The notes below the pieces were generated by a model, which made no database searches, was not told the DNA's origin, and saw only the letters and a program-made list of their open reading frames with translations. Source: the human T2T-CHM13v2.0 reference genome, Homo sapiens. From it: a stretch of DNA of 64,000 nucleotides. The stretch is taken from the NCBI RefSeq assembly GCF_009914755.1, contig NC_060943.1; one strand, written 5' to 3'. The position numbers and the translations under genes are program-made. Shown one piece after another: positions 23,335 to 42,505 of this stretch. Each line of letters begins with the position of its first letter. Positions within the stretch are counted from its first letter, which is position 1.

Positions 23335-23549
23335 TGAGCTCACTGTGTACCAGATCCTCCACCAGCAGCTGAGAGTGTCTCCCTCAGTCCTCACAACAGC
23401 CCGATGGGTGCCATTCACAGATGGGGAAACTAAGGCAAGATGAGCCTATGAGCAAGATGGTTCCCGGCCCCACAGCTGGGAGGCACTGGAGCTGGGATTT
23501 GAACCAGGGCTGTGACCTTCAGACTCTCACGCCCAACCATATCTGGCAG

Positions 23550-23862
23550 TTGTCTCTCATATCTGTGTCTCTCCCTGTCCCTGACCTTTCTATGTATCTC
23601 TGTCTCTGCCCTCTGTATATCGCTGCTGGGTCTCTCAGGGTCTCTGACCCCTGTGTGTCTCTGTCTCCTCTGGGTGTCCGTGTGTCTCTGTCTCCGCCCT
23701 CCGTGTATCTCTGTTGCGTCTCTCAAGGTCTCTGGCCCCTGTGCATCTCAGTCCCCTCCTGGTCTCTGTCTCCCATGCCCTCTGCCCTCTCCCTTTCTCC
23801 CTGGCTCCCGCCCTGTCTGTGCTGCCGTGGTCCTGGCTGTGCCTCTGTCCCTGTGTCTGTTT
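23550..23862. repeat. Pyrimidine-rich (CT/GT) low-complexity tract upstream of exon 1B
   Basis: Repeated tctctg/tgtctc-like words with very few A. Confidence 0.7.
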
Positions 23863-24079
23863 CCAGGGTGCCCCTTACGCGTCAGCCCGTGAGGGCAAGT
23901 TTCTGTCTGCCCCTTCCCCAGCGGTGGCCTAGTGCTTGGAACAGCGCCTGGCAGACAGGAGATGCTCAGTAAATATTTCTCAAATGAATAAAGGAATGAA
24001 TGAGTGAATGAATGAATGAATGAATGAACTCGCTGAGATGGGCGAGATCAGCGCCATTTCCCAAATGAGCAACGTGGGC

Positions 24080-24499
<420 letters not shown>

Positions 24500-25501
24500 T
24501 GAGGCCCAGACCTGGGCAGGAGCCAGGAGATCCCAGGGAGGAGGTGGCTGTTTGGGGGAGCCGGGGACTGTGGCAAGGGTGGCCTCCAGCCACCCGCAGC
24601 CGCAGGCCTGGCCCAGACTTAGCTGGAGGGGCTGGGCTGGGCTGGGGCATCCAGTGTGGTGTATAGGTCCCTCCTGAGAAGGGAGTGAGGACCCGACCGT
24701 GTTGAGTCACCAGTGGGGATGCCTGGGGTGTCCCTGTCGCTCTCCGGGCCTCAGTTTTTCTGTCTGTCAAAGGGGCCCACAAGCCCTGTGTCTCCCTGAT
24801 AGAGCAGTGGAAGAGAGCAGGCAGCTTGGTGCATAGTAGTTGCTCAGGAAACACAACAGCCTGTAGTACCCAGGACACCCCATGCAAGCCCTGAAATAAC
24901 GGGGGTGCTTGGGGGTGAAATGGGAGAGACTGGGATGCTGCTGAGACCCCCAGAGGGAGAAGCTGTGTTCTAGGGCACTTGGGGCGGAGAGGGCAGGCTC
25001 TGGACTCTTCAGGTCTCCTAACAGTGGTTAGGGCAGAGCACTGCCCACTTCCATGAGCTCAGCGTGACTCCCTCTTCCTGGGGATGAGTCAGACACTTTG
25101 ACAGTACCTGCTTTCCAGATGGGGAAACTGAGGCTGGGAGGGAACGCGACATGACCGCAATTACGCAGCTAGAAGCAAATCTGAACCCGGTCTGTCTCAC
25201 GCCAGAGCCTGTGGTTTCTCCTGCTCCTCACAGCCTTGGTGATGTCCCCTTTACACCCCTCCCCGTGGCTCCATCTTTTAGGGGAGCGCAGAGGCCCAGA
25301 GAGGGCAGGCAGCCTGCCCCAGATCACACAGCAAACTGCTGAGACAATCTCCAACCCCTCGTATCTTGCACTCTTGCCAAGTGAGACCTTCCTGGCAGCC
25401 TGGGCCCCTCCAGCCACCGTGGGCTGTGAGGAGGGAGACAACCAAGACCTGTTCTCAGCCCAGTTGCCTCATTCCTTTCTTATTTTATTTTATTTTTTTG
25501 A

Positions 25502-25666
<165 letters not shown>

Positions 25667-27216
25667 TAGTAGAGAAAGGGTTTCACCATGTCGGCCAGGC
25701 TGTTCTTGAACTCCTTGCCTCAGGTGATCCACCTGCCTCGGCCTCCCAAAGTGCTGGGATTACAGGCGTGGGCCACCACGCCTGGCCGCCTCATTTCATT
25801 CCACTGTTTCAGGCCCTCCCCTCCCCTCCCTCAGCCAGAAGCTGGGGCATGAAGAGGCCTTCCTGGGTGCCTGGGACTCCAGAGACAGGAGCAGTTCAAT
25901 CCTGATTGCTGTGTGACCTAGACAAGCTTCCTGATGTCTCTGGGCCTCCTGGGCTGAGAGCTGTGACCAGGCTGGCCCAGTTCTGCGTGAGGGAGGCCCC
26001 AGCATTCTTTACTCAACATTGTCTAATCCAGGACTTCTGAGTTCTGCAATTCTTCTCTCCAGAGATAAACAGATAAGCCAGCTCGCCTCCAGGGTTCCCG
26101 CCTCTGGGAAGGCCTCACCCCCACCCCAGCCAGGCACCTGGGAGCCTTTTTTTTATCTCCGCGACGGCTCTGCCAGCTGGTCATAAAACGCCCTGAGTGA
26201 CCTCGCTAAGTGGGTGACCTTGGTTTAGTCACTGACCCTCTGCGAAGCTCGGTTTCGTCATCGTGGGGGAGAATAGCCCTCCCCTGCAAGACTCCTCCAG
26301 CCCTGATGGCTGCAGAGCCCTGGGGGGGTGCCCTTAGGACCTCAAACTTCCAGGCACTTCTGGAATCCCCCAGGCCTGGAAGCGTGCCTCTCCCCAGCGA
26401 GCCTGCTGGAGCATCCCCCTGGGGCCCACTTCCTTCGGGATGTGCCCCTCCCAGACCCCCTCAGATACGCCACGTACCCCCCCAGATTCGCACCTCCTCC
26501 CAGGTTGCCCATCTCAGGGATGTCCCCTCCCCATCACTGGCTCAGATCCACAGGGCTTCTCCTGGCCCCGACTTCCCCCTCTGCTCGCCCCCAGCCTGTC
26601 AGTCCCCAACCCCCACCCCTGTCCCCTGACTCTCTGCCCTGGTTCTTCCTCTCGGTTGCCACAGCCCCAGCTCAGGCCTCCTCATCTCCCCCCAACCTCA
26701 CCACTCCAGCCTTGGCTGTCCCAGGCTGCTCCTCCCCTCCTCCCAGCCATCCAGTGAATTCCTCAGCGCCCAGCCCTCACCCACCCCGCCCCCCCAGCCT
26801 CCTCACCTGCATTCCAGCTACTCTACTGCTTTTTTTTTTTTTTTTTTTTTTTTTTTGAGACTGAATCTGGCTCTGTCACCCAGGCTGGAGCGCAGTGGAA
26901 CGATCTCGGCTCACTGCAACCTCCGCCTCCCAGGTTCAGGTGTATTACCTCATCTAATCCTCACAGCCATCTGAGATGAACCCACTTTGACTGCTGTCAT
27001 CCTGTGTCAGAGATGAGGCCCAGAGAGGTTGAGTAACTTGCCTAGGGTCACACAGCTGCCAAGCAGGGCACGGCCAGGATTTGAACCAGGGAAGCCTGAC
27101 TGTTATCATGCCCTGGACAGGGAATTTAGGGATGATGAGCAAGACCAGGAAGGAGCGAGATCCAGGAGGTAGACTCAGCCCAGATGGGAGGTGAAGCGGG
27201 CGCTCTGAGGTTCTAG

Positions 27217-27705
<489 letters not shown>

Positions 27706-27718
27706 TAGGGATCCCAGA

Positions 27719-27763
<45 letters not shown>

Positions 27764-28850
27764 GAGACAGAGCCTTGCTCTGTGGCTCACACTGGAGTGC
27801 AGTGGCACAATCTCGGCTCACTGCAATCTCTGCCTTCTGGATTCAAGTGATTCTCTTGCCTCAGCCTCCAGAGTAGCTGGGATTACAGGCATGCGCCACC
27901 ACACCCAGCTAATTTTTGTTTTTTTTTGGAGATGGAGTCTTGCTCTGTCACCCAGGCTGGAGTGCAGTGATGCGAACTTGGCTCATTGCAACCTCCGCCT
28001 CCCAGGTTCAAGCGATTCTTCTGCCTCAGCCTCCTGAGTAGCTGGGATTACAGGCACACTCTACCATGCCCGGCTAATTTTTTGTATTTTAGTAGAAACG
28101 GGGTTTCACCATGTTGGCCAGGCTGGTCTTGAACTCCTGACCTCAGGTGATGTGCCCACCTCGGCCTCCCAAAGTGCTGGGATTACAGGTGTGAGCCACC
28201 GCGCCCGGCCTAATTTTTGTATCTTTAGTAGAGAAAGGGTTTCGCCACTTTCGGGACTTTGCGTGCACCAGCGCAGTGTCCTTTGCCTGGGCTGACCTCT
28301 GCCCTCTCTCCTTCCTTTGCCAAACTTCTCAGGCGTTAAGATTCAACACGGGCAATTTAGGATTTTTGGCCAGGGGAATGAGAGAATGCAGGCAGACACC
28401 CACGCCAGGTCCCAGGTCCCTGATCACGCTGGTCTAGCTTCAAATCTGCCCCGTGGCACCAAAATATTGGCCTGTTCGTGGATAGGAAATGAATGTAGGA
28501 AATCTGTGAAAAGGACGTCAAGAATGAATGAATGAATGGAGGCTCCATTAAGCAACCTCTGAGCCGGAGCTTCCAGGATGAGTCAGGGTTAGCAGACGGG
28601 GAGGAGGGGCAGGGAGTGCTGGGAAAGGGAATGGTTGGGGCACAGGGACACAGGTGGCTTCAGGAGAGTAAGGGGCAGCTGGGTCAGGAGAGGGCCAGCT
28701 GCCGTGGAAACTCCCCGTGGTGGGCCATCCTGCAGCAGACCTGAGTGGCTCTCAAATGGTTCGTTTTTTAAGCACCTCCAGGGAGAGAAACTATTGTTTT
28801 CAGAATACACGCATATGTGATTTAAAAAAAAAAAAAAAGTTGCCAGCTCA

Positions 28851-29003
<153 letters not shown>

Positions 29004-29409
29004 TCAGCTACTCAGGAGGTTAAGGCAGGAGAATCGCTTGAACCCAGGAGGCGGAAGTTGCAGTGACCTGAGATCCTGCCACTGTACTCCAGCCTGGGCA
29101 ACAGAACAAGACTCTGTCTCAAAAAAAAAAAAGTTGTCCTAGGCCAGGCATGGTGGCTCCTGTCCATTGCAGTACTTTGGGAGGCCAAGGCAGGAGTATC
29201 ATTTGAGGCCAGGAGTTCAAGACCAGACTGGACAACACAGCAAGACCCCGTCTCTAAAAAAATAAAATAAAAACCAAACAAGGAATTGACCAGAATTTAA
29301 TTCAGGATAGCAGCTCAAGGGACGGGTAGATGCCACAGGAAGGGGCCCAGAGATATCAGCAAGATGCATCGCTCAGAATGTTCTAGTTTATGGGGTTCAT
29401 TATGAATTA

Positions 29410-30099
<690 letters not shown>

Positions 30100-30244
30100 T
30101 TAAAATTAAAAAAATTAAAAAAAATAAAATCGTAAGAGGAAAACATTTGGCACAGGCGGTAGGCAGGATGGGCTGCTGACCCAGTAGGCTGACAAGCCCA
30201 GGATGTTATAATCCCTGTAACATCCTTGCAGTTGTTCTCAACCT

Positions 30245-30420
30245 GTTGAGTGCTGTCTGTATTACCTCATCTAATCCTTACAGCCGTCGGAGATTAACCC
30301 ATTTTAACTACTATCATCCCCTGTAAGAGGTGAGGCCCAGAGAGGTTGAGTGACTTGCCCAGGGTCACACAGCTGCCAAGCAGGGCGTAGCCAGGATTTG
30401 AACCAGGGAAGCCTGACTGT
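30245..30420 (-). mobile_element. MIR remnant (source of the duplicated segment at 26941-27216)
   Basis: gaggcccagagaggttgagtgacttgcccagggtcacacagct..ggatttgaacc. Confidence 0.85.
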
Positions 30421-30835
30421 ATCACGCCCTGGATGGGGAACTTGGGGATGAGCAAGACCCGGAAGGAGCGAGATCCGGGAGGGAGACTCAGCCCAGACAG
30501 GAGGCGTTAGCAGGCGCTCTGCGGTTCCAGGCGTTTCCTTGCATTCCCTGCGTGCTGGGCTACGGAGAGTGTCAAGGCCAGAGAAGCCACGCCGGCCTTT
30601 GGACCTGGGGCGCCTCGGGCAGCCAAGGAGAGCTGCGGTGGCCGCTCCTCCCCGCGCTCTGATCTCGGGAGTCCCTGGCGCCGGCACCTTCTGATCTCTG
30701 CCTCTTATTGACGGGGAGGGCGAGGAGGGGCCAGCTCTGGTTTTACAACCCCGGCCCCACCTTCCTTAGGGAGGGCTGAGCCACATGAATGATTTTATGG
30801 CCAAAGCCCTGCCAGTCATGAGGCTGCTTTTTCTT

Positions 30836-30867
<32 letters not shown>

Positions 30868-31374
30868 TTTTTGAGACAGAGTTTCACTCTGGTTGCCCAG
30901 GCTGGAGTGCAGTGGCACCATCTCGGCTGACTGCAACAGCCGCCTCCGGGGTTCAAGCGATTCTCCTGCCTCAGCCTCCTGAGTAGCTGGGACTACAGGC
31001 GTGCGCCACCACGCCTGGCTAAATTTTTGTATTTTTAGTTGAGACAGGGTTTCACCATATAGGTCAGGCTTGTCTCAAACTCCTGACCTCGGATGATCCA
31101 CCCGCCTCGTCCTCCCAAAGTGCTGGGATTACAGGTGTGAGCCACCGCGACTGGCCTGAAGCTGCTTTTTCTGAGACGGGCTGATCAAGGGGTTTCAAAC
31201 AATTAAGAAATAATAAGGCATTGCCTCCCCGCTGGGTGAGATTTGGGCAGGCAGACTAGGGAGAGGGGCTTCGGGGCCAGCACTAGCGGATGCGGGGACT
31301 TGGGGAGAAGTGGAAAAAGATGCTCACGGTTCCCTCCTTCTCCACCCAGCCCCTGACGAGGGACTCAGCCTTGA

Positions 31375-32108
<734 letters not shown>

Positions 32109-32684
32109 TAGCAAACCCTCATCTCTCTTTAAAAAAAAAAAAAAAAAATTAAAAAGAAAAGAAGAATGCCCACAGGAAGGCAGTCCTGGGTTCGAATGCC
32201 GCCCCTATGGCTCAGGAGCTGGGACCCTCCTGGTAGAAAGGACTGCCCTCAGGGTTGAGCGTCTGTGAAACGGGCAATGACCGGGGAAGGGCCTGACCTG
32301 GGCTCGCAGCTGACTCAGCATTTGTGCTGTTTCTCTCTTTCCTCCTTCCCCAGTTCTGAGACCGCTGCTGAGCCAGAAACTCGAATGCTAGCAAGGGAGG
32401 GGATGGGTGAGGAATGATAATAATGATGAGCTTCCTGAGCATCTGCCCTGAGCCAGGCCCTGTGCTGAAGGCTGTGTGGGGATGAGCTCACTGAGTCTTC
32501 ACAACAGCCCTGTGTGGTCCCAGTGTTACAATGCCCATTTTACAGATGGGAAAACTGAGGCCCCACTCATAACCCTCATGCCAGAGAAAGGAATCCAACA
32601 GGGGCTTGGAACTGCAGTCAGAGGCTGCCCCTCAGTGGCCATTTCTTCTCGGGGGGACTTGTCACCCTTATGGTTTCCATGACC

Positions 32685-33131
<447 letters not shown>

Positions 33132-33337
33132 TCAAAAATAAAAAAAATAAAAATTAGCCAGGTGTGGTGGTGGGCGCCCGTAATCCCAGCTACTCGGGAG
33201 GCTGAGGCAGGAGGATTGTTTGAACCCAGGAGACGGAGGTTGCTGTGGGGCTGAGATCGCACCACTGCACTCCAGCCTGGGAGACAGAGCAAGATCTTGT
33301 CTCAAAAAAATAAATTCGGGCCCGGTGTGGTGGCTCA

Positions 33338-33598
<261 letters not shown>

Positions 33599-34280
33599 TC
33601 AAAATAAATAAATAAATAGATAGATAAAATAAATAAATTAATTAAGATAAAATAAATAAATAATAAAGGTATGCTGGAAGGGAGAGAGAGAGGAGGTGTT
33701 TGAGAGAAAGGAGGAGAGAAAAAAAGTGAAGAGCCCCAGGCGACAGGCGTCGTGCAGGGTGCGGTTCCGCGGTGTAGTGGAGCATGCGACATTCAGGGAA
33801 CAAGCCAAACTGGACAGTGAGAACGGAACACTGGCAGCCCAGCTACAGTGGGACTCGGATGGGCAGGGCCTGCGGTGAGACTGTCAGGCTTCAAGGGACA
33901 GAGCCAGGGACCTCGAACCTAACGTGTGTTCCCCATCAGGCAGATGTGGGTGAGATGCTCTACATCCCAGAGCCCCACTCCCCTCTTCTCCAAAATGGGC
34001 CTTGGCTGGGTGCAGTGGCTCATGCCTGTAATCACAGCACTTTGGGAGGCTGAGGCAGGTGGATCACCTGAGGTCGGGAGTTCAAGACCAGCCTGGTCAA
34101 CATGGCAAAAACCCCATGTCTACTAAAAACACAATAATTAGCCGGGCTCATTGCTCACGCCTGCAATCCCAGAACTTTGGGAGGCCAAGGCAGGAGGATC
34201 ACTTGAGATCAGGAGTTTTGAGATCAGCCTGACCAACATGGCGAAACCCTGTCTCTACTAAAAATACAAAAATTAGGTCA

Positions 34281-34409
<129 letters not shown>

Positions 34410-34821
34410 TTAGCCAGGCGTGGTGGCACATGCCTGTAATCCCAGCTACTCGGGTGGCTGAGGCAGAAGAATCACTTGAACCCTGGAGGTGGAGGTTGCA
34501 GTGAGCTGAGATGGCCATTGCACTCCAGCCTGGGCAACAAGAGCGAAACTCTGTCTCAAAAAAAAAAAAAAATTAGCAAAGCGTGGTGGTGTACACCTGT
34601 AATCCCAGCTACTGGGGAGGGTGAGGCAGGAGAATTGCTTGAACCCCGGGAGGTAGGGGTTGCAGTGAGCCGAGATCACACCATTGTACTGCAGCCTGGG
34701 TGAAGGAGTGAGACTATGTCTCAAAATAAATACATAAATAGAAATAAAAAATCATATGCATGTTTATATGGATTTTTATTATTATTATTTTATTTATAGA
34801 TCATAGTTTTACTTGTTTTGA

Positions 34822-35160
<339 letters not shown>

Positions 35161-35399
35161 TAGACTTAAAGTGTGCAGGAATTGGCAAGAAAAAAAAAAG
35201 TTAAGCGGGAACTTTCCCTATCAGATCTTTTTTTAAAATATAAAATTTTATTAAAATAGATTTTTTGTGGAGACAGGGTCTTGCTATGTTGCCCAAGCTG
35301 ATTTTGAACTCCCGGGCTCAAGCCATTCTCCCGCCTTGGCTTCCCAAAGTGGTAGGATTACAGGGGACTGAGCCACCGCACCCAGCCTCCTATCGGATC

Positions 35400-35850
35400 T
35401 TAAAACCTACTTTACAGCTACTACAATGCAAATCATATGATATCCACTCTGTGACCTAGCAATTCTGTTCCTAGTTATTTGCCCAAGAGAAATGAGAACG
35501 CCGGTTCCCACAAAGACAGGAACAACTGTGGCAGCTTTGGGAGTAATAGCCTGACCTGGAAACCGCCGAGGTGTCCATTAACAGAGGACTGGATCAACAC
35601 ATTGTGAATTTATTTATGCAGTGGAATTCTACTCAGCCGCAAATGGGAACAAGCTCTAATGTATACACAGACACGGAAAATGTCAGAAACATTATGCTAG
35701 GCAAAAACAACCAAAACACCAAAGAACCTCTTGTGTAAGATGACAGTTCCAGAACATGCAAGACTGGGCTGATGCAATCTGTACGGTGGGGGACGTAGAG
35801 GGGTGGCCTCTGGGGACAGGGCAGGGACTGATTGAGACAAGATGCAGGCT
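35400..35850 (+). mobile_element. Old L1M 3' fragment
   Basis: gacctagcaattctgttcctagttatttgcccaagagaaatg...gtggaattctactcagc. Confidence 0.7.
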
Positions 35851-36025
35851 GGGGCGCAGGCACCGTGGCTCACACTTGTAATCCCAGCACTTTGGGAGGC
35901 CGAGGTGGGTGGATCACTTGAGGCCAGGAGTTCAAGACCAGCCTGACCAACATGGCGAAACCGCATCTCTACTAAAAATACAAAAATTAGCTGGGCGTGT
36001 TGGCACATGCCTGTAATCCCAGCTA

Positions 36026-36502
<477 letters not shown>

Positions 36503-36888
36503 TCACGAGGTCCAAAGATCGAGACCAGCCTGGCTAACACGGTGAAACCCTGTCTCTACTAAAAATACAAAAAATTAGCTGGGCGTGGTGGCAGGTGCCT
36601 GTAGTCCCAGCTACTTGGGAGGCTGAGGAAGGAGAATCGCTTGAACCCAGGAGGCAAGGTTGCAGTGAGCCGAGATCACACCACTGCACTCCAGCCTGGG
36701 CAACAGAGCGAGACTCCGTCTCAAAAAAAAAAAAAAAAAAAAAAAGAAAGAAAAAAAGAGGAACTTACAAGAACAATGGAAAGATTACCCCATGAACACC
36801 CCTATGCCCACCACCACTAAAATTTGGGGTTTTTTAAATTTTTTAAATTTTTTTCTTTTTTACAGTGTCCCTTTCAGGATACACTTAA

Positions 36889-37192
<304 letters not shown>

Positions 37193-38000
37193 TGATGATA
37201 CACCTGCCTCAGCCTCCCAAAGTGCTGGGATTACAGGAATAAGCCACTGAGCCCAGCCTAATTTTTGTTTTTTTTAGTAGAGACAGGGTTTCGCCATGTT
37301 AGACGGGCTGGTCTCAAACACCTGACCTCAGATGACCCGCCTCCGTAGGCCTCCCAAAGAGCTGGGATTACAGGCATGAGTCACGGTGCCCGGCCTAATC
37401 CTTACTTTTGATGCATTTCAAAGTAAGTTACAGACATCTGAATGTTTCACCCTAAACATTCCAGGCTGCATATTATTAACTACTTCAGTATTTGTTTATG
37501 GGGGTGTGTGTGTGTGTGTGTTTGCGTGTATGTGTGAGAGAGAGAGACAGAGAGATGGAGAGAGAGAGAGATGGAATCTCCCTCTGTCACCTAGGCTGAA
37601 GTGCAATGGCTAGATCTTGGCTCACTGCAACCTCCACCTCCCAGATTCAAGCGATTCTCCTGCCTCAGCCTCCCGAGTAGCTGGGATTACAGGTGTGCAC
37701 CACTACGCCCGGCTAATTTTTGTATTTTTAGTAGAGATGGGGTTTCACCATGTTGGCCAGGCTAGTCTCAAACTCCTGACCTCTGGTGATCTGCCTGCCT
37801 CGGCCTTCCAAAGTGCTGAGATTACAGATGTGAGCCACTGCACCTAGCTAGTGGTTTTGTTTGTTTGTTTGTTTTAATAGAAGTTTACCTACAGTAAACC
37901 ACACAAATCTAAAGTGTGCTAGTTTTTTGTTTGTTTGTTTGTTTGTTTTTGAGACAGGATCTTGCCCTGTCACCTAAGTGGTACAACCACAGTTCACTGA

Positions 38001-38261
<261 letters not shown>

Positions 38262-38906
38262 TAGTAGAGATGGGGTTTCACTCTGTTGGCCAGGCTGGTC
38301 TCAAACTCCTGGTGTCGAACTCCTGACCTGGTGATCTGCCTGCCTTGGCCTCCCAAAGTGCTGGGTTACAGGTGTGAGCCACCGCACCTAGCCTAAATAT
38401 TTTATTGTTATTTGTAGAGACGGAGTCTCACTATGTTGTCTAGGCTGGTCTCAAACTCCTAGGCTCAAGTGATCTTCCCACTTTGCTTCCCATTTTGGGA
38501 GGATTTGGGCTCCCAAAATGCTGGGATCACAGGCACGAGCCACCGCACCCAGGCTAAAGTGTGCTCATTTTGAGAAATATATGTACGGCTGGGCACAATG
38601 GCTCATGCCTGTAAAGCCAGCACTTTGGGAGGCCAAGGCTGGTGGGTTGCTTGAGGCCAGGAGTTCGAGACCATCCTGGCCAAAATGGCAAAACCCCATC
38701 ATTACTAAAAATACAAAAATTCGAGGGATGTGCCAGGCGTGGTGGCTCACACCTGTAATTCTAGCATTTTGGGAGACTGAGGCGGGTGGATTGCTTGAGC
38801 TCGGGAGTTCCAGACCAGCCTGGGCAACATGGTAAAACCCCGTTTTTACTAAAATATAAAAAATTAGCTGGGCGTGGCAGTGTGCTCCTGTAATCCCAGC
38901 TAGTCA

Positions 38907-39008
<102 letters not shown>

Positions 39009-39719
39009 TCAAAAAAAAAAAAAATTAGAGGGACGTGTTGGCACACACCTGTAATCCCAGCTTCTTGGGAAGTTGAGACATGAGAATCACTTGAACCTGG
39101 GAGGTGCTAGTTGCAGTGAGCCGTGATTGTGTCACTGCACTCCAACCTGGGCGATAGAGCAAGACTCTGTTTTAAAAAAAAAGAGAGGGAGAGGGAGAGA
39201 TGCAGAGATGCATGTATAACCCAAGTCCCTGTCAAGATGTAAACTCCTTTTGAGTGGCTGAATTCCAGCGTTTTTCCAGGTCCAGACTCATTTACCCCGT
39301 CCCCTGTTGTTTCTGGCCTCTCTTGGAACATCATTGCCATGATCGCCCTGGGATATATTTCACTGCGCGCTTCCTCAAGGGCATCTGTCTATTCCTTATG
39401 TTTCTAGGGGGTCAGGTTCATTCGGGGATCTGGCAAATAGAACACAGTATTTAACCAGGCACGGTGGCTCACACTTGTAATCCCAGCACTTTGGGAGGCT
39501 GAGGCAGGCAGATCACGAGGTCAGGAGTTTGAGACCAGCCTGACCAACATGGAGAAATCCCGTCTCTACTAAAAATACAAAAATTAGCCAGGCGTGGTGG
39601 TGCACGCCTGTAATCTCAGCTACTCAGGAGTCTGAGGCAGGAGAATCGCTTGAACCCAGAAGGCAGAGGTTGCAGTGAACTAAGATCATGCCTGGGCGAC
39701 AGAGCGAGACTCTGTCTCA

Positions 39720-40276
<557 letters not shown>

Positions 40277-41232
40277 CTACAAAAAATTTAAGAATTAGCT
40301 GAGTGTGGTGGCACACACCTGTAGTCCCAGCTACTGGGGAAACTGAGGTGGGAGGATCGTTTGAGCCCAGGAGCCGGAGGGTGGAGGTCGAGGGTGCAGT
40401 GAGCCAAGATCAAGCCACTGCATTCCAGCCTGTGCAACAGAGTGAGACTCCGTCTCAAAAAAAAAAAAAAAAAGTATTAAATAGGGCCGCAAAGGAGGCC
40501 AGCAGGATGCGGAGATGGGCAGTAATGTGCACGGGGTGGGAGGTCTCTTGCTTTAGCCAAGGTGGTCAGGGAAGACCCAAGCCCTGAAGACAGAGAAGGA
40601 GCTGGCCTTGAATCCTGTAAATGTTCCCAAACGATCTCCCTAAGAGGTTATGCCAGTCACACTCCTGCCGAGAGAGTATCTCTGCGCCACGGCCAAGGGT
40701 GAGTCATCCTGCTGAGAGGTTGAGCTGGGGACGCCTGCCCAGATGGGCTCCAAGTGAGGGAGAGCCTGGCGGGGAGAACAGCCCGGACAGAGGCAGGGCA
40801 GGGCGCCGGGACACTGCTTGGCGCGTCCTGGGAGTGAAGCGCATTGAACCCAGCTCAGGCTGGTGGTGGGGGAGTCTTGGCAATGCTCTCTCTCCAAAGG
40901 CGAGTTGATCACAGACGCTGGCAGTGAGTCAGCGGCACCGCCAGGGCTGCTGAGAAATCCCTCCTGCTGTCCGATCGCATTCCTGGAAGGGTGGGCCGCT
41001 CAGGGCCCCCCAGCTCCAGTCCCACTCAGACCCCAGAATCCCAGCAGCCCACCACTCACTTCCTTTGCGCGCACTCTTCCTTCTGGTCCCCACACACCGC
41101 TCCCTCTCTCGCTACCTTCAGTCTTTGCTCAGATGTCGAGTTCCCAGAGGGGCCTCCCTGACGCCACCGTTCTAGCAGCGTTTAGCATTTAAATAAATGA
41201 CAAATTTTAGATTAAATGTTAGATAAATTTTA

Positions 41233-41588
<356 letters not shown>

Positions 41589-42343
41589 TCACTGGATTCA
41601 GTGACACCTGTAATCCCAGCACTTTAGGAGGCTGAGGTGGGAGGATCGCTTGAGCCCAGGAGTTTTCTTTCTTTTTTTTCTTATCTTTTAAAGAGATTGG
41701 GGTCTCGCTCTGTGTACCCCAGGCTGGTCTTGAACTCCTGGCCTCAAGCAGTCCTCCCATCTAGGCCTCCCAAAGTGTTGGGATTACAGGCACGAGCCAC
41801 CGTACCTGGCCTCAAGATTTTTTTTTTTTTCTGAGACACAGACTCACTCTGTCACCCAGGCTGGAGTGCAGTGACATGATCCCAGCTCACCGTGACCTCC
41901 ACCTCCCAGGTTAAAGTGATTCTCCTGCCTCAGGCTCCTGAGTAGCTGGGATTATAAGCATGCGCCACCACGCCTGGCTAATTTTGTATTTTTAGTAGAG
42001 ATGGGGTTTCGCCATGTTGCCGAGGCTGGTCTCAAACTCCTGATGTCAAGTGATCCACCCGTCTCGGCTTCCTAAAGTGCTGGGATTAGAGGCATGAGCC
42101 ACCTCGTCAAGATTGTTAATCACATCTGCAAAGTCCGTTTGGCCATTTGTGGAACACAGTCTCAGATTTCAAGGATTAGGACGACAACATCATTGGAGGC
42201 TGTGATTTGGCCAACCACAGTCACAGAGATGGAATTACACAGAGTTTACCTTCCAAGTCTGGCTCTTTCACTCAGTGCAATGCCTGGGAGAGCCTTCCCT
42301 GTGGCTGTGGGAACCGCCGGTTTGTTCTTTTTTTTTTTTCTGA

Positions 42344-42505
<162 letters not shown>

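Noticed and set aside
32180-32210. tRNA-like B-box GGTTCGAAT
   Set aside because: No cloverleaf or A-box; imperfect match, most likely a MIR remnant.
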